Shown here one piece after another: positions 35,992-46,799 of a stretch of 64,000 bases of DNA. Origin of the DNA: an uncultured Candidatus Binatia bacterium (GTDB lineage Bacteria; Desulfobacterota; Binatia; Bin18); NCBI GenBank assembly GCA_965214605.1, contig OZ243961.1:1568001-1632000 (forward strand). Reading direction: 5' to 3'. Under the pieces are notes generated by a model. That model did not search any database. It had not been told where the DNA came from and saw only the letters and a list, made by a program, of their open reading frames with translations. The position numbers and the translations under genes are program-made. How positions within the stretch are numbered: the stretch's first letter is position 1; the number at the start of each line of letters is the position of its first letter.

Positions 35992-36081
35992 AGTAGAGAA
36001 TATTCTTCTGGCCGTTGTCTTTAACCTCCCGCTACGGAAAGACTCGACAAAATTCTGTTTTAGTTTACAAACGGATTTGGT

Positions 36082-36110
36082 AGCTTAGTCCGTTTTCTCG
36101 GACAAGTCAA
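36082..36110 (-). promoter_or_regulatory. Putative sigma70 promoter of the Thr-Tyr-Gly-Thr-tuf operon
   Basis: Minus strand TTGACT-N17-TAAGCT about 90 nt upstream of tRNA-Thr(TGT). Confidence 0.6.
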
Positions 36111-36161
36111 GTAGTGTAGAGGTGGCTGCCGAGCCGTCTCGAGCCGCTTTTGGAAGCGGCC

Positions 36162-36914
36162 TTATTGCGTCAGATTTCTCCGCAACATCTCATATAGGGC
36201 AATAGCCCCAGCCACAGCCACGTTCAAGGAGCCGATCTCCCCTTGTAGCGGAAGCGCAACCAGACAATCACACCGGGCCCGTACCACAGACCTCAGCCCT
36301 TTTTCCTCTCCCCCGAGCAACAGAGCGATATTATGCTGCAGATCGAGATCATACAAAGTTTGAGGTGCCTCGGGGGCGAGCCCAACCAACCAGTAGCCTG
36401 CGGCGTGGATGCGATCTAGTGAGCGGGCGAGATTACTGACTTGGCAGATCGGCAGATACGCGGTTGCCCCTGCCGCTGTTTTTTCAACAACAGCAGAAAG
36501 AGGAGCAGCCCGCCGCTGGGGAAGAATCACGCCTCCGACTCCTACCGCTTCGGCGGTTCGTAATAGGGCTCCAAGGTTGCGGGGATCGAGAATACCGTCG
36601 AGAACGAGGAGCAGGTTGGCGTGTTGTTCCAAGATGTGGGACAGTGCAGTGTAGGGAAAAGGCTGCAAATGAGCCGCAGCCCCTTGATGTCCGCCGCCTG
36701 GAGCCAGGGCGCGAAAAAAAGAGGGGGCTTCATACGAAAGAGGAATAGCGTGTTGACGGGCCAGGATGGCAAGCGGCGACCCCTTGAGGTTTGGCGAGAG
36801 GAAAATATGCTGAACCGCCTCAGGCGCAGCCCGGAGATACTCTCGAACAGGATGAAGCCCATACACGGTTCTTAGTTTACAAGCCTGTCCTTTTTTCCTA
36901 GGATTCAAAGACAT
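36162..36914 (-). CDS. rlmB: 23S rRNA (G2251-2'-O)-methyltransferase, SpoU family
   Basis: YGLHPV, HQG, DPRNLGALLRTA, GGEEKG, SLNVAVA. Confidence 0.9.
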   Translation of the reverse strand: MSLNPRKKGQACKLRTVYGLHPVREYLRAAPEAVQHIFLSPNLKGSPLAILARQHAIPLSYEAPSFFRALAPGGGHQGAAAHLQPFPYTALSHILEQHANLLLVLDGILDPRNLGALLRTAEAVGVGGVILPQRRAAPLSAVVEKTAAGATAYLPICQVSNLARSLDRIHAAGYWLVGLAPEAPQTLYDLDLQHNIALLLGGEEKGLRSVVRARCDCLVALPLQGEIGSLNVAVAGAIALYEMLRRNLTQ

Positions 36915-38094
36915 GGGCCGTATCCTCTTTCGCTACGTCTGCCGCGAGGTTGTACCTCCATTTCTCATCGGCCTGCTAATTTTTACTATTCTGCTGTTTA
37001 CTATTCGTATCATCAAACTCGTCGACTTGGTTGTAAATCGAGGGGTCCCAATCGCCCAACTCCTCGAAATTTTTGCCTATGTTTTGCCCGCCTTTTTTGA
37101 GAGCACTGTTCCAATGGCCTTCTTATTAGCGCTCTTATGGGGGCTTGGACGGCTGTCTGCGGACCGGGAAATAATCGCGCTTAAGAGCTGCGGGATTAGT
37201 CTGTTTCAGCTAGCAATTCCTGTCTGGATGTTGGCGGCCATCTTACTGTGTACCACATTTATCTTGACCCTCTACGCCAGTCCCTGGAGCAACGCTGCTC
37301 TCAAACAGGCGCTGTATACGATTGCGACAACTCACGCCTCAGCTGGCCTGAAAGAGAAAACGTTTAACACCGATTTTGCTGGACTCGTTATTTATATGGA
37401 AGAAATTTTGCCACCGGGAACGCATCTGCAAGGCGTCATGATTGCCGACAACCGGCATGCCCAGCATCAGAATACGATTTTTGCCGAACGCGGGAGCATT
37501 CTGGCCGCAGAGGACCACGACATCCTGACGTTGCGTTTAGTGGATGGGTCAATCCACAGCTTTAAACAACTCAGTCATACCTACCATACCACCCATTTTG
37601 CCGTCTATGATGTGAACCTTGATGTCAGCGCAATCTTGGCCAATGTGAAAGAGCCGGTATGGAAGCCAAAGGAAATGTTATTCGGGCAACTGCTCGATAC
37701 ACTCTCCCAGAGCAAAGCCGACACAAAGCAGGAACGCAACGTCTTAATAGAACTGCACCGTCGCCTGTCTGTGCCGTTTGCCTGTGTGGTCTTTAGCTTC
37801 CTTGCCCTTCCCTTAAGTCTCCAGCTTCGAGGGGCGCAACACTCGCACGGCTTTGCCCTGACGATGGGAGTCTTGTTTACCTACTATTTGCTACTCACTG
37901 TGGGAGAAGCGCTCGGCAAAAAGGCAGTCCTCCCACCGGGCATTGCCCTGTGGCTGCCGAATATTATACTGGGAATCGTTGGCGTTTACCTCTTTGAGCG
38001 CACCCGGCAGGAAAAACCTTTTTTCAAAAATCTGGTATGGAAACGAAGTTCCGTCCCAAAACCAGAAGCTTGGCTTCCGATAGCCCGTCCGTAA
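36913..38094 (+). CDS. lptF: LPS export ABC transporter permease LptF
   Basis: ILFRY, GRLSADREIIALKSCGIS, ELHRRLSVP, ALWLPN. Confidence 0.9.
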   Translation: MGRILFRYVCREVVPPFLIGLLIFTILLFTIRIIKLVDLVVNRGVPIAQLLEIFAYVLPAFFESTVPMAFLLALLWGLGRLSADREIIALKSCGISLFQLAIPVWMLAAILLCTTFILTLYASPWSNAALKQALYTIATTHASAGLKEKTFNTDFAGLVIYMEEILPPGTHLQGVMIADNRHAQHQNTIFAERGSILAAEDHDILTLRLVDGSIHSFKQLSHTYHTTHFAVYDVNLDVSAILANVKEPVWKPKEMLFGQLLDTLSQSKADTKQERNVLIELHRRLSVPFACVVFSFLALPLSLQLRGAQHSHGFALTMGVLFTYYLLLTVGEALGKKAVLPPGIALWLPNIILGIVGVYLFERTRQEKPFFKNLVWKRSSVPKPEAWLPIARP

Positions 38095-39206
38095 ATGCTC
38101 GGGCCGGCTTCTCCCCGCTCCTTCCTCGCTTCAGGCTGACACGTATTGTGAGCCTTTACCTGTGCACTGAGTACCTGCGCTTTTTCCTGTTCAATCTAGC
38201 CTTGTTCCTTGGTCTGTCATTGTTAGTCGACTTTTTTGACCGACTCGATAATTTTATCAAATACGGCGCTTCGGTGTCAGCAACCGTCCGCTATTTTGTG
38301 TTCAAAATTCCCCTCTTCGTCACCCAGGCCGCTCCAGCCGCAGCCCTGACCGGGGTTCTCATCGGCTGTGGTTTGCTGTCAAAAAACCGTGAGCTGCTCG
38401 CCTTGAAAGCGTGTGGTATGAGTCCGTGGCAGATGACGCTCCCGCTCCTCTTGACGGCCAGCCTTTTGAGCTTGGCCGTCAGAGCCTGGAACGAGTGGGT
38501 AGTCCCGGCCGCCTTTCACCATTCCCGTTATATTAACACTGTTGAAATTAAACAGCGACCGTTCAAAGGCCTCTTTCATGAACGGGGCTTCTGGTATCAT
38601 GGAGATGACGCCTTTTATCATATTGAGCATTTTGATTCGCAGAAAAAAATTATCTCAGGGCTGACCATATATATACTTGATCAGCGCTTCCGCGTCCGCT
38701 CCTTAGTCGAAATCGCAAGGGCGGAGTGGAAGGAAGAGAAGTGGCAGTTCACCGCAGTTCGAGAAAAGTCGTTGACCGGAGAAGGGCACGCCCAGCTCCA
38801 AGGGCTGAATATCCAGCTCCAAGAAACCCCGGAAGACTTCTCACTGATTGACATGAAAGCTGAGGAGTTCTCTTCGGATCAGCTCCGCAAGTATATTCTC
38901 AGCCTTCAGAAAAAAGGGCTTGATACGACCGAATATCTGGTCGATTTGCACCTCAAGAGTGCCGTGCCATTCGCGGCCCTGGTGATGACACTCATCGGCA
39001 TTGCCCTGACAATTCCCAGTTCCAAGCAGCGCGCGCTACCAGCGGTCTTAGGCCTAGCCCTCATAACAGGATTCGGCTACTGGCTTGTTTTGGCGTTCAG
39101 CATCTCTCTAGGGCACAGCGGCGCCATGCCACCTCAGCTCGCGGCCTGGCTGGCCAATGGAGTTGCTGGACTGTGTGGAGTCTTCCTTCTGCTGGGCGTT
39201 GATTAG
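38037..39206 (+). CDS. lptG: LPS export ABC transporter permease LptG
   Basis: LSKNRELLALKACGMS, AAWLAN; paired with lptF; start uncertain (in-frame GTG at 38148 is an alternative). Confidence 0.88.
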   Translation: METKFRPKTRSLASDSPSVNARAGFSPLLPRFRLTRIVSLYLCTEYLRFFLFNLALFLGLSLLVDFFDRLDNFIKYGASVSATVRYFVFKIPLFVTQAAPAAALTGVLIGCGLLSKNRELLALKACGMSPWQMTLPLLLTASLLSLAVRAWNEWVVPAAFHHSRYINTVEIKQRPFKGLFHERGFWYHGDDAFYHIEHFDSQKKIISGLTIYILDQRFRVRSLVEIARAEWKEEKWQFTAVREKSLTGEGHAQLQGLNIQLQETPEDFSLIDMKAEEFSSDQLRKYILSLQKKGLDTTEYLVDLHLKSAVPFAALVMTLIGIALTIPSSKQRALPAVLGLALITGFGYWLVLAFSISLGHSGAMPPQLAAWLANGVAGLCGVFLLLGVD

Positions 39207-39216
39207 CAGGCTCTGT

Positions 39217-39615
39217 TTAACGTTTGGAGTATTGCGGCCGTTTCCGAGCCTTGTGTCTTCCGTATTTTTTCCGTTCGACCTGGCGAGAATCTCGGGTAAT
39301 AAACCTGGCCTTCTTCAAAGTCGGACGCAAATCAGGGTTCATCTCCAGCAAGGCGCGGGTGATCCCGTGCCGAATAGCCGCGGCTTGAGCAGAATTGCCG
39401 CCACCCTTGACATTGACAACAACGTCGTATCTGTCCTGCTCCTGAATCAAGGTCAGGGGTTGCTGTACAATCATACGGACAGTTTCCCGCCCAAAATACG
39501 TATTGAGATCACGGCGATTTATCGTATATTTCCCTTCTCCGGGAGAAAGGCGGACGCGGGCAACTGCCGTCTTGCGTTTCCCGGTCCCCCAATATTCGGT
39601 CCTTTGCTCAGCCAT
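39217..39615 (-). CDS. rpsI: 30S ribosomal protein S9
   Basis: [18 protein letters not shown]...QYSKR. Confidence 0.98.
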   Translation of the reverse strand: MAEQRTEYWGTGKRKTAVARVRLSPGEGKYTINRRDLNTYFGRETVRMIVQQPLTLIQEQDRYDVVVNVKGGGNSAQAAAIRHGITRALLEMNPDLRPTLKKARFITRDSRQVERKKYGRHKARKRPQYSKR

Positions 39616-39629
39616 GTCTTCGCTTCTCC

Positions 39630-40070
39630 TCAAACGGTCAACGGCACTGGTTGCTGGGCAGCATGGGGATGATCAGGGCCCGCATAAATCTTGAGTTTTG
39701 TGGCAAGTGCTCGGCCATGCGCATTTTTAGGCAGCATACCAACAACCGCCTTCTTCACAATGTCTTCAGGATGTTTGGCTAGCATTTCTTCGGCTGAGGT
39801 TTGACGGATGCCTCCGGGATACTCGGTATGGCGGTAATACATTTTCTGCTGCCACTTATTCCCGGAAAAGAGGACCTGGTCGGCATTGATCACGATGACA
39901 AAGTCTCCGTTATCAATATAAGGAGCAAAAGAAGGATTGTTTTTGCCTCGGAGAACCTGGGCAATCATGCTGGCCAAACGGCCGACCATCTGCCCCTCGG
40001 CATCAACAAGATACCAGCGGCGGGCAGCTAGTGAGGCTTTTCGTGAACGTGTGGAAGTCTCTTTCTTCAT
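39630..40070 (-). CDS. rplM: 50S ribosomal protein L13
   Basis: [25 protein letters not shown]. Confidence 0.98.
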   Translation of the reverse strand: MKKETSTRSRKASLAARRWYLVDAEGQMVGRLASMIAQVLRGKNNPSFAPYIDNGDFVIVINADQVLFSGNKWQQKMYYRHTEYPGGIRQTSAEEMLAKHPEDIVKKAVVGMLPKNAHGRALATKLKIYAGPDHPHAAQQPVPLTV

Positions 40071-40107
40071 CCTTACCTGCGTCCTTAAATAAACTGCGAA
40101 GATAGGG

Positions 40108-40184
40108 TGGCGGGGCCGACGAGACTCGAACTCGCGACCTCCGGCGTGACAGGCCGGCGTTCTAACCAGCTGAACTACGACCCC
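40108..40184 (-). tRNA. tRNA-Asp(GTC)
   Basis: CCGGC-CTGTCAC-GCCGG anticodon arm; encoded CCA end. Confidence 0.96.
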
Positions 40185-40188
40185 ACCA

Positions 40189-40260
40189 TGGGCGGTATCC
40201 GGTTTGAACGGATGGCCCTCGGCTTGTAAGGCCGATGCTCTTCCACTGAGCTAACCGCCC
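40189..40260 (-). tRNA. tRNA-Val(TAC)
   Basis: GGGCGGT acceptor stem; TCGGC-CTTACAA-GCCGA. Confidence 0.94.
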
Positions 40261-40323
40261 TTGAGCAAGGCTTGCAAGGCAGGCGTGGCAGAGAAAAGGC
40301 CCTCTCCTCTCTAGGAGGACAGA

Positions 40324-40352
40324 GCAGTACCACTGCCGCACCATCGTGTCAA
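40324..40352 (-). promoter_or_regulatory. Possible sigma70 promoter for Val-Asp-rplM-rpsI
   Basis: Minus strand TTGACA-N17-TACTGC; perfect -35 but weak -10. Confidence 0.35.
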
Positions 40353-40378
40353 TCCCCAAATACGATCCGATTGTCCGT

Positions 40379-42781
40379 CTAGTGAGTCACCACCTCCGAA
40401 GAATGCGGGACTTCGGTTTCTGGCGGATACAGGGATTGGTCAACGGCCGAGGCGTCGGCAATAAGAAACTGGTCAGGCTCGCTCAGGACCAGCGCTTTCC
40501 GCAGCACTTCATCGACATGCTCAACTACTTCAATCTGAACTGCTTTCAGAATTAGAGCGGGCACGTCTTGCAGATCTTTTTCATTTTCTGCCGGGATGAT
40601 GATCCGCTTAATCCCGCCTCGATGGGCGGCCAAAATTTTCTCTTTCAGACCGCCTATGGGGAGGACCCGTCCGCGCAGGGTCATCTCTCCAGTCATAGCA
40701 ACATCGTGGCGGACCGGAATTTTTGCTAAGGCGGACACAATTGACGTGGCCATTGTTACACCAGCTGACGGACCATCTTTTGGAATTGCGCCCTCGGGAA
40801 TATGCAGGTGGATATCAATGTTCTGATAAAAGTCTTTATCCAGACCAAGCTCAGCTGAGCGTGAGCGTACATAGCTCATTGCAGCCTGGGCGGACTCCTG
40901 CATCACATCCCCAATCTTGCCCGTAATGGTGAGTTTACCCTTGCCCGGCAAAACTGTCACCTCGGTCGCCAACAGCTCGCCGCCAACATCGGTCCAGGCC
41001 AGTCCGGTCACCACTCCCACTTTGTCTTCTTGCTCCACCTTGCTCACTCGGAACTTCAATGGACCAAGGTATTTCTGTAGGTTTTTGGTATTCAGCCGAA
41101 TTCGCGTATTCCGGTCTTTCTTGACCACCTCAACCGCAGCCTTGCGGCACAGCGTACCGATTTCGCGCTCAAGATTTCTGACGCCCGACTCTTTGGTGTA
41201 CGACCGTATGACCGAGGACAGTACACTATCCGGGAGATCGATATTCTTTTCGGTCAGCCCGTTGGCCTCGCGTTGTTTCTTCACCAAATAGCGTTTAGCG
41301 ATATGCAGCTTTTCGTATTCCGTGTAGCCCGGAAGACGAATGATTTCCATACGATCTTGTAAAGGACGGGGAATACGTTCGAGATTGTTGGCCGTGCAGA
41401 TGAAGAGGATCTGGGACAGATCATAATCCACATCAAGGTAGTGATCGTTAAAGCCCGCGTTCTGCTCAGGATCAAGCACTTCCATCAAAGCCGCAGACGG
41501 ATCGCCCCGAAAATCGGTCGACATCTTATCAATTTCGTCTAGCAGAAAGACAGGATTACCGGATCCAGCCTTTTTCATGCCCTGAATAATCTTGCCCGGC
41601 ATAGCCCCAATATACGTCCGTCGATGTCCGCGGATTTCGGCCTCATCACGGACTCCGCCAAGCGAGATGCGGACAAACTTCCGATCGGTCGCTCGCGCAA
41701 TCGACTTTCCTAACGAGGTTTTCCCAACTCCGGGAGGACCCACAAAACAGAGGATAGGGCCCTTGATCTGCCCGACTAAACTCTGAACGGCCAGATATTC
41801 GAGGATCCGCTCTTTGACCTTTTCTAGACCATAGTGATCTTCTTCGAGAATCTTCTCAGCTTCTTGAATATCAAGCTTGTCCTCAGTGTATTCATACCAT
41901 GGGAGGCACAGGAGCCAGTCGATATAGTTGCGGACGACCGTTGCCTCGGCTGACATCGGAGACATCATCTTGAGCTTCTTGAGCTCTTTTTCAAGTTTGT
42001 CCCGTGCCTCGGCCGACATCTTTTTCTGGCGAACCTTTTCTTCAAGCTCTTGGATCTCGTTTTTAAATTCATCCTTCTCACCGAGCTCTTTTTGGATCGC
42101 CCGCATCTGCTCGTTGAGATAGTACTCCTTTTGGGTCTTCTCCATCTGCTTTTTAACCCGATTGCGAATACGACGCTCGACCTCAAGAATCTCAATCTCA
42201 GAGCGCATGTACCCTAGGACTTTTTCGAGACGATCGGCGGGGTCAATTGTCTCTAGCAGTGTCTGTTTATCCTCAAGCTTGATGCCCAGGTGAGCAATGA
42301 TCGTGTCCGCCAGATGGGAGGGGTTCTTGATAGCCGCCACAGTCATGATCATTTCGGGCGGGATCTTTTTGTTAAGCCGGACGTAGTTCTCAAACGTCGA
42401 GTTGACACTCTTCACCAATGAGTCCAACTCCGCCGGGCGATTGTTCGTCTCTTGAATCTCCTCCACTTCAACGGCGAAGAAGTCTGGATGCTCAACATGT
42501 TGAACAATCTGTCCCCGCTGTTTGCCTTCGACGAGCACTTTGACTGTTCCGTCTGGCAAGCGCAACAGCTGGACGACCGTTCCCATGGTCCCGATCTGAT
42601 AGATATCTTGGGGGGTCGGATCGTTGACCTTAGCGTCACGCTGGGTGGACAGAAATATCAACTTATCGCCGGCAACGGCATCCTCAAGGGCCTTAATAGA
42701 GCGTTGCCTTCCGACAAAAAGCGGAACAACCATATGCGGAAAAACGATGATGTCCCTTAGGGGTAAAAGTGGAAGTCGCAC
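40379..42781 (-). CDS. lon: ATP-dependent protease Lon
   Basis: [25 protein letters not shown]; GGAGGG RBS before GTG. Confidence 0.98.
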   Translation of the reverse strand: MRLPLLPLRDIIVFPHMVVPLFVGRQRSIKALEDAVAGDKLIFLSTQRDAKVNDPTPQDIYQIGTMGTVVQLLRLPDGTVKVLVEGKQRGQIVQHVEHPDFFAVEVEEIQETNNRPAELDSLVKSVNSTFENYVRLNKKIPPEMIMTVAAIKNPSHLADTIIAHLGIKLEDKQTLLETIDPADRLEKVLGYMRSEIEILEVERRIRNRVKKQMEKTQKEYYLNEQMRAIQKELGEKDEFKNEIQELEEKVRQKKMSAEARDKLEKELKKLKMMSPMSAEATVVRNYIDWLLCLPWYEYTEDKLDIQEAEKILEEDHYGLEKVKERILEYLAVQSLVGQIKGPILCFVGPPGVGKTSLGKSIARATDRKFVRISLGGVRDEAEIRGHRRTYIGAMPGKIIQGMKKAGSGNPVFLLDEIDKMSTDFRGDPSAALMEVLDPEQNAGFNDHYLDVDYDLSQILFICTANNLERIPRPLQDRMEIIRLPGYTEYEKLHIAKRYLVKKQREANGLTEKNIDLPDSVLSSVIRSYTKESGVRNLEREIGTLCRKAAVEVVKKDRNTRIRLNTKNLQKYLGPLKFRVSKVEQEDKVGVVTGLAWTDVGGELLATEVTVLPGKGKLTITGKIGDVMQESAQAAMSYVRSRSAELGLDKDFYQNIDIHLHIPEGAIPKDGPSAGVTMATSIVSALAKIPVRHDVAMTGEMTLRGRVLPIGGLKEKILAAHRGGIKRIIIPAENEKDLQDVPALILKAVQIEVVEHVDEVLRKALVLSEPDQFLIADASAVDQSLYPPETEVPHSSEVVTH

Positions 42782-42873
42782 GTTCCCTCCTTTGTCGCGA
42801 TTGCCTTTTTTCTCACGCCGTACCAGTGTAGGACAATCTTCGCCTCTCTGGTCATTTACACCATGAGTGCACC

Positions 42874-44124
42874 TTATGCAGTGGCTTTGAGATTGCGTTC
42901 AATACGAGGCTGTTCTTTGTGTGTAACCACTTCTTCAGAAATAACAACCTCTCGGATGTTTGGCTGAGAAGGAATGTCGTACATCACGTCGAGCATAATG
43001 TTTTCCATAATCGCCCGGAGACCCCGGGCTCCAGATTTTCGTGTTAAGGCTTCTTTAGCAATAGCTTCAAGCGCTTTTTCCTCAAATCGGAGATGGACAT
43101 TCTCCAAATCAAACAGCCTTTGATATTGCCGTACCAAGGCATTTTTTGGCTCTTTCAAGATACGTACGAGAGCCTGGTCGTCCAACTCCTCAAGCGTTGC
43201 CAACACAGGCAGGCGGCCAACAAATTCTGGAATCATCCCGAATTTGAGCAAATCTTCCGGCTGGACCTCGGCGAGCAGCGCGCTTCCACTCCGAGTTGAA
43301 CTCGCCTTGACATCGGCCCCGAAGCCCATATTCTTTCCTCCGGTTCGGCGTCGAATGACATCGTCGAGCCCGACGAACGCTCCGCCGCAGATAAAGAGGA
43401 TATTCGTCGTATCAATCTGGACAAACTCTTGTTGAGGGTGCTTTCTGCCTCCTTTTGGCGGAACACTGGCGACTGTTCCCTCAATGATTTTGAGCAGCGC
43501 CTGTTGGACGCCTTCCCCTGACACATCACGGGTGATGGAGGGGTTATCCCCCTTGCGGGCGACCTTGTCTATTTCATCAATGTAGACAATGCCTTTTTGG
43601 CATTTCTCCACATCGTAGTCAGCATTCTGGAGCAGGCTCAGAATAATATTCTCAACATCTTCGCCCACATAGCCCGCCTCAGTCAGGCTCGTCGCATCCC
43701 CGAGGGTGAAGGGCACCTGCAAGAAACGGGCTAAGGTCTGGGCCAGAAGTGTCTTGCCAGAGCCGGTTGGTCCAATCAGTAAAATATTCGACTTTTGCAG
43801 CTCGACGTCATTGGCTACCATTTGCGAATCAACTCGCTTATAATGGTTGTGGACAGCCACAGACAAGATCTTCTTGGCCCGCTCTTGGCCAATCACATAC
43901 TGATCGAGGACGCGTTTAATCTCGGCTGGCTTGGGAACAGCGGAGGCTGCTGTGAAGGACTCTTCATGATCACACTCTTCGGCAATGATATCGTTGCACA
44001 GGTCGATACATTCGTCGCAGATATAGACGGTGGGGCCAGCAATGAGTTTTCGTACCTCGTCCTGGCTCTTGCCACAAAAGGAGCACACTAAATTTCCTGG
44101 GCGATCGTCACTCTGTCTGGCCAT
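42874..44124 (-). CDS. clpX: Clp protease ATP-binding subunit ClpX
   Basis: CSFCGK zinc domain, [21 protein letters not shown]. Confidence 0.98.
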   Translation of the reverse strand: MARQSDDRPGNLVCSFCGKSQDEVRKLIAGPTVYICDECIDLCNDIIAEECDHEESFTAASAVPKPAEIKRVLDQYVIGQERAKKILSVAVHNHYKRVDSQMVANDVELQKSNILLIGPTGSGKTLLAQTLARFLQVPFTLGDATSLTEAGYVGEDVENIILSLLQNADYDVEKCQKGIVYIDEIDKVARKGDNPSITRDVSGEGVQQALLKIIEGTVASVPPKGGRKHPQQEFVQIDTTNILFICGGAFVGLDDVIRRRTGGKNMGFGADVKASSTRSGSALLAEVQPEDLLKFGMIPEFVGRLPVLATLEELDDQALVRILKEPKNALVRQYQRLFDLENVHLRFEEKALEAIAKEALTRKSGARGLRAIMENIMLDVMYDIPSQPNIREVVISEEVVTHKEQPRIERNLKATA

Positions 44125-44144
44125 ACCCGCTCCTCACCGTTCTC

Positions 44145-44729
44145 TCATTTCCGATTTACCACCACCTCATCAACCAGCCCGTAGTCCACGGCTTGTCTGC
44201 TCTCGAAAAAGAAGTCCCGGTCAGTGTCGCGCTCAATCTTCTTGAGCGATTGTCCGGTGTGCTTGACCAGAATCTCATTCATCTGTTCCCGTATCCGTAA
44301 CATCTCGCGTGCCTGGATATCAATGTCGACAGCCTGCCCCTGTACCCCGCCCAAGGGTTGATGGATCATGACCCGGGCGTGCGGTAAGAGATAGCGCTTA
44401 CCCTTTGCGCCTGCCGCTAACAACCAAGCGGCCATACTGGCCGCTTGGCCCAAGCACAAGGTCGAGACGTCTGGCCTGATGTACTGCATCGTATCGTAGA
44501 TAGCAAGACCGGCGGTCACCGAACCACCGGGGGAATTGATGTAGAAGTGGACATCCTTATCAGGGTCCTCAGATTCGAGAAAGAGCAATTCTGCGGAGAT
44601 GAGGTTTGCGACCTCATCTGTGACGGTGGTGCCGAGGAAGACGATGCGGTCTTTTAGCAAGCGCGAGAAAATATCATACGCTCGTTCCCCGCGGCCGGTT
44701 TGTTCTACAACAATAGGAATTAGGTTCAT
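44145..44729 (-). CDS. clpP: Clp protease proteolytic subunit
   Basis: YINSPGG, AASM, MIHQP. Confidence 0.98.
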   Translation of the reverse strand: MNLIPIVVEQTGRGERAYDIFSRLLKDRIVFLGTTVTDEVANLISAELLFLESEDPDKDVHFYINSPGGSVTAGLAIYDTMQYIRPDVSTLCLGQAASMAAWLLAAGAKGKRYLLPHARVMIHQPLGGVQGQAVDIDIQAREMLRIREQMNEILVKHTGQSLKKIERDTDRDFFFESRQAVDYGLVDEVVVNRK

Positions 44730-44747
44730 GGCGGCGTCCGGCCCATC

Positions 44748-46079
44748 CTAGCCCTTTTCCGGTATAGCAGCAACTTCCTTGTCTACTGTTTTTATCTCAG
44801 CCTTGTCAACGACAGCCTGGATCGCTCTCTCCCGTAACAGCTGGCGCTCTAGAGCTTGTCTATTCTCAGCCTGGGCATAAAAATTCTCAAGCCGCTGTTT
44901 TTGCTCGGGATTGGCAGAAGACAGCTCCTCAATTTTTTGACGCACGCTTTCTTCAGACACAGACAAGGACAGCTGCTCAATCAAGGTGTCAACAATAAAC
45001 GCGGACTGGACGTTTTGGCGAGCCCGGGTCGTAAACTGCTCACGCAGTTCGTCTGTTAAGCGGCTCTCGCCGACCGACACGTCTTCTTCGGGTTTTTGAA
45101 TACCAGCCTCGACAAAGAGTTGACGGAGCTGTTCACGGACCAAACTAGGCGGGACTTCGAACGGATTCTTTTCATACACTCCGGCCAGGAGCGCCTCGTG
45201 GAGCTGGTTTTCTCCCCGACGCTCGGCCACCTGGTACAGATTATCCCGAATTTTGTTTCTCAACTCCTCCAGGGTGTCGCACTCGCCGTGGTCTTTAGCA
45301 AAATCGTCATCCAGGGCTGGGACTTCTTTGCGTGCAATGTCGTGTATGATGACCCGAAAGAGCAGGGGTTGGGTGCTTTCCTCGACCGACTCAGTCTGCT
45401 CTGCCTGTCCCTCGGGCTGCGGCATAGCCACGGAGAACTGAATCGCTCTGCCCCGTTCCACGCCAAGAAGATTGTCCTGAAAGCCGGGCAGTACACTCTC
45501 ACGTCCCATCTCAACAACGCGTCCTTTAGCCTCAAACCCAGGCACCTGACGTCCCCCCCGCAGCCCAACATAATCAAGCGTCAAGACATCGCCGTCCTCA
45601 ACACGGTTTCGGTCAGTAACCGGGGCGAGCTGGGTCATCGATTCAGCGAGTCGCTGCAGCGACGCCTCAACCTCTTCCTCAGTCACCGTTTCCTGTGGTT
45701 TTTCGACCGTAATCCCAGCATAGTTCGTAATATCCACCTTTGGCCGCACTTCGACCGTTGCCGAATAGCGAAACGGCTGGCCAGGGGTGAGTTTCTCCGT
45801 CACAATCTGGGGCTGTGTCACGACATGTAAGTCGTGTTCTTCCACAGCACGAGGGTAGGACTCCTGCACGAGCAAGGAACTCACTTCCTGGGCGACCTGC
45901 TCCCCAAAATATCGATTGAGGACAGGCTGGGGGACTTTTCCGGGGCGAAATCCCTTCAGGCGAGCCTGCAACCGGACTGTCCGATATGCCTTTTCAAGCT
46001 CTTGGCTTACACGCTCAGCGGGAATCTCAAACGCGAGTTTTTTCTGAACAGCATCAACGGAGTCAATAGAAACTTTCAT
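44748..46079 (-). CDS. tig: Trigger factor
   Basis: GFRPGKVP ribosome-binding motif; tig-clpP-clpX-lon synteny. Confidence 0.95.
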   Translation of the reverse strand: MKVSIDSVDAVQKKLAFEIPAERVSQELEKAYRTVRLQARLKGFRPGKVPQPVLNRYFGEQVAQEVSSLLVQESYPRAVEEHDLHVVTQPQIVTEKLTPGQPFRYSATVEVRPKVDITNYAGITVEKPQETVTEEEVEASLQRLAESMTQLAPVTDRNRVEDGDVLTLDYVGLRGGRQVPGFEAKGRVVEMGRESVLPGFQDNLLGVERGRAIQFSVAMPQPEGQAEQTESVEESTQPLLFRVIIHDIARKEVPALDDDFAKDHGECDTLEELRNKIRDNLYQVAERRGENQLHEALLAGVYEKNPFEVPPSLVREQLRQLFVEAGIQKPEEDVSVGESRLTDELREQFTTRARQNVQSAFIVDTLIEQLSLSVSEESVRQKIEELSSANPEQKQRLENFYAQAENRQALERQLLRERAIQAVVDKAEIKTVDKEVAAIPEKG

Positions 46080-46090
46080 ACCAGAACCAC

Positions 46091-46131
46091 AAAAAAGCAT
46101 GGGACGCCCAAACATGACGTTGGGTCACCAT
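46091..46131 (-). terminator. Possible intrinsic terminator/attenuator between tRNA-Leu and tig
   Basis: Minus strand imperfect stem ATGGTGACCCAA...TTGGGCGTCCCAT followed by GC-TTTTTT. Confidence 0.4.
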
Positions 46132-46171
46132 TCGGAAGACGTTTGTGGGGAGTGGGTCGGGCTAAGGGCCG

Positions 46172-46255
46172 TGCGAGAGGGGGGACTTGAACCCCCATCC
46201 GCATGAGCGGACTAGATCCTAAGTCTAGCGCGTCTGCCAATTTCGCCACTCTCGC
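46172..46255 (-). tRNA. tRNA-Leu(TAG)
   Basis: GCGAGAG acceptor stem; CTAGA-CTTAGGA-TCTAG; long variable arm. Confidence 0.95.
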
Positions 46256-46300
46256 AAAATACGCTCCCATCCCTCTCCCCAAGCAATGCGGAGCAAAGAA

Positions 46301-46373
<73 letters not shown>

Positions 46374-46377
46374 ATAG

Positions 46378-46444
46378 AAGAGCCCGTTTCGCTCCAGGCG
46401 GCACCACTTCACGCGCCAGGCCTGTTCGAACGCAACGAACTCTT
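46378..46444 (-). other. Long stem-loop filling the tRNA-His/tRNA-Lys spacer
   Basis: AAGAGTTCGTTGCGTTC pairs with GAGCGAAACGGGCTCTT; inner stems CAGGC/GCCTG and GGCGC/GTGCC. Confidence 0.6.
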
Positions 46445-46452
46445 ACCAAGAG

Positions 46453-46526
46453 GGTGAGTGAAGGGACTTGAACCCTCGACCACTTGGGCCACAACCAAGT
46501 GCTCTACCAACTGAGCTACACCCACC
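46453..46526 (-). tRNA. tRNA-His(GTG)
   Basis: G-1:C73 pair; CTTGG-TTGTGGC-CCAAG. Confidence 0.95.
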
Positions 46527-46529
46527 ATA

Positions 46530-46603
<74 letters not shown>

Positions 46604-46651
46604 CCTCGCCAGCAGAGAGTCTGAGGACTCCCCTCTCTAGCATTTTTTCCA

Positions 46652-46725
46652 TCGGGGCGAGCCGATTTGAACGGCCGACCCCCTGCTCCCAAGGCAGGTG
46701 CGCTACCAGGCTGCGCTACGCCCCG
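46652..46725 (-). tRNA. tRNA-Pro(TGG)
   Basis: CGGGGCG acceptor stem; CCTGC-CTTGGGA-GCAGG. Confidence 0.95.
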
Positions 46726-46739
46726 ACCGGAAGAGGTCT

Positions 46740-46768
46740 ACCATACCTGCGTCCGACACCGCAGGCAA
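46740..46768 (-). promoter_or_regulatory. Putative sigma70 promoter of the Pro-Arg-His-Lys-Leu tRNA operon
   Basis: Minus strand TTGCCT-N17-TATGGT ending 14 nt before tRNA-Pro. Confidence 0.5.
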
Positions 46769-46799
46769 GTCCCAGTCTGACCGTAGCTCACCTCGTCCG

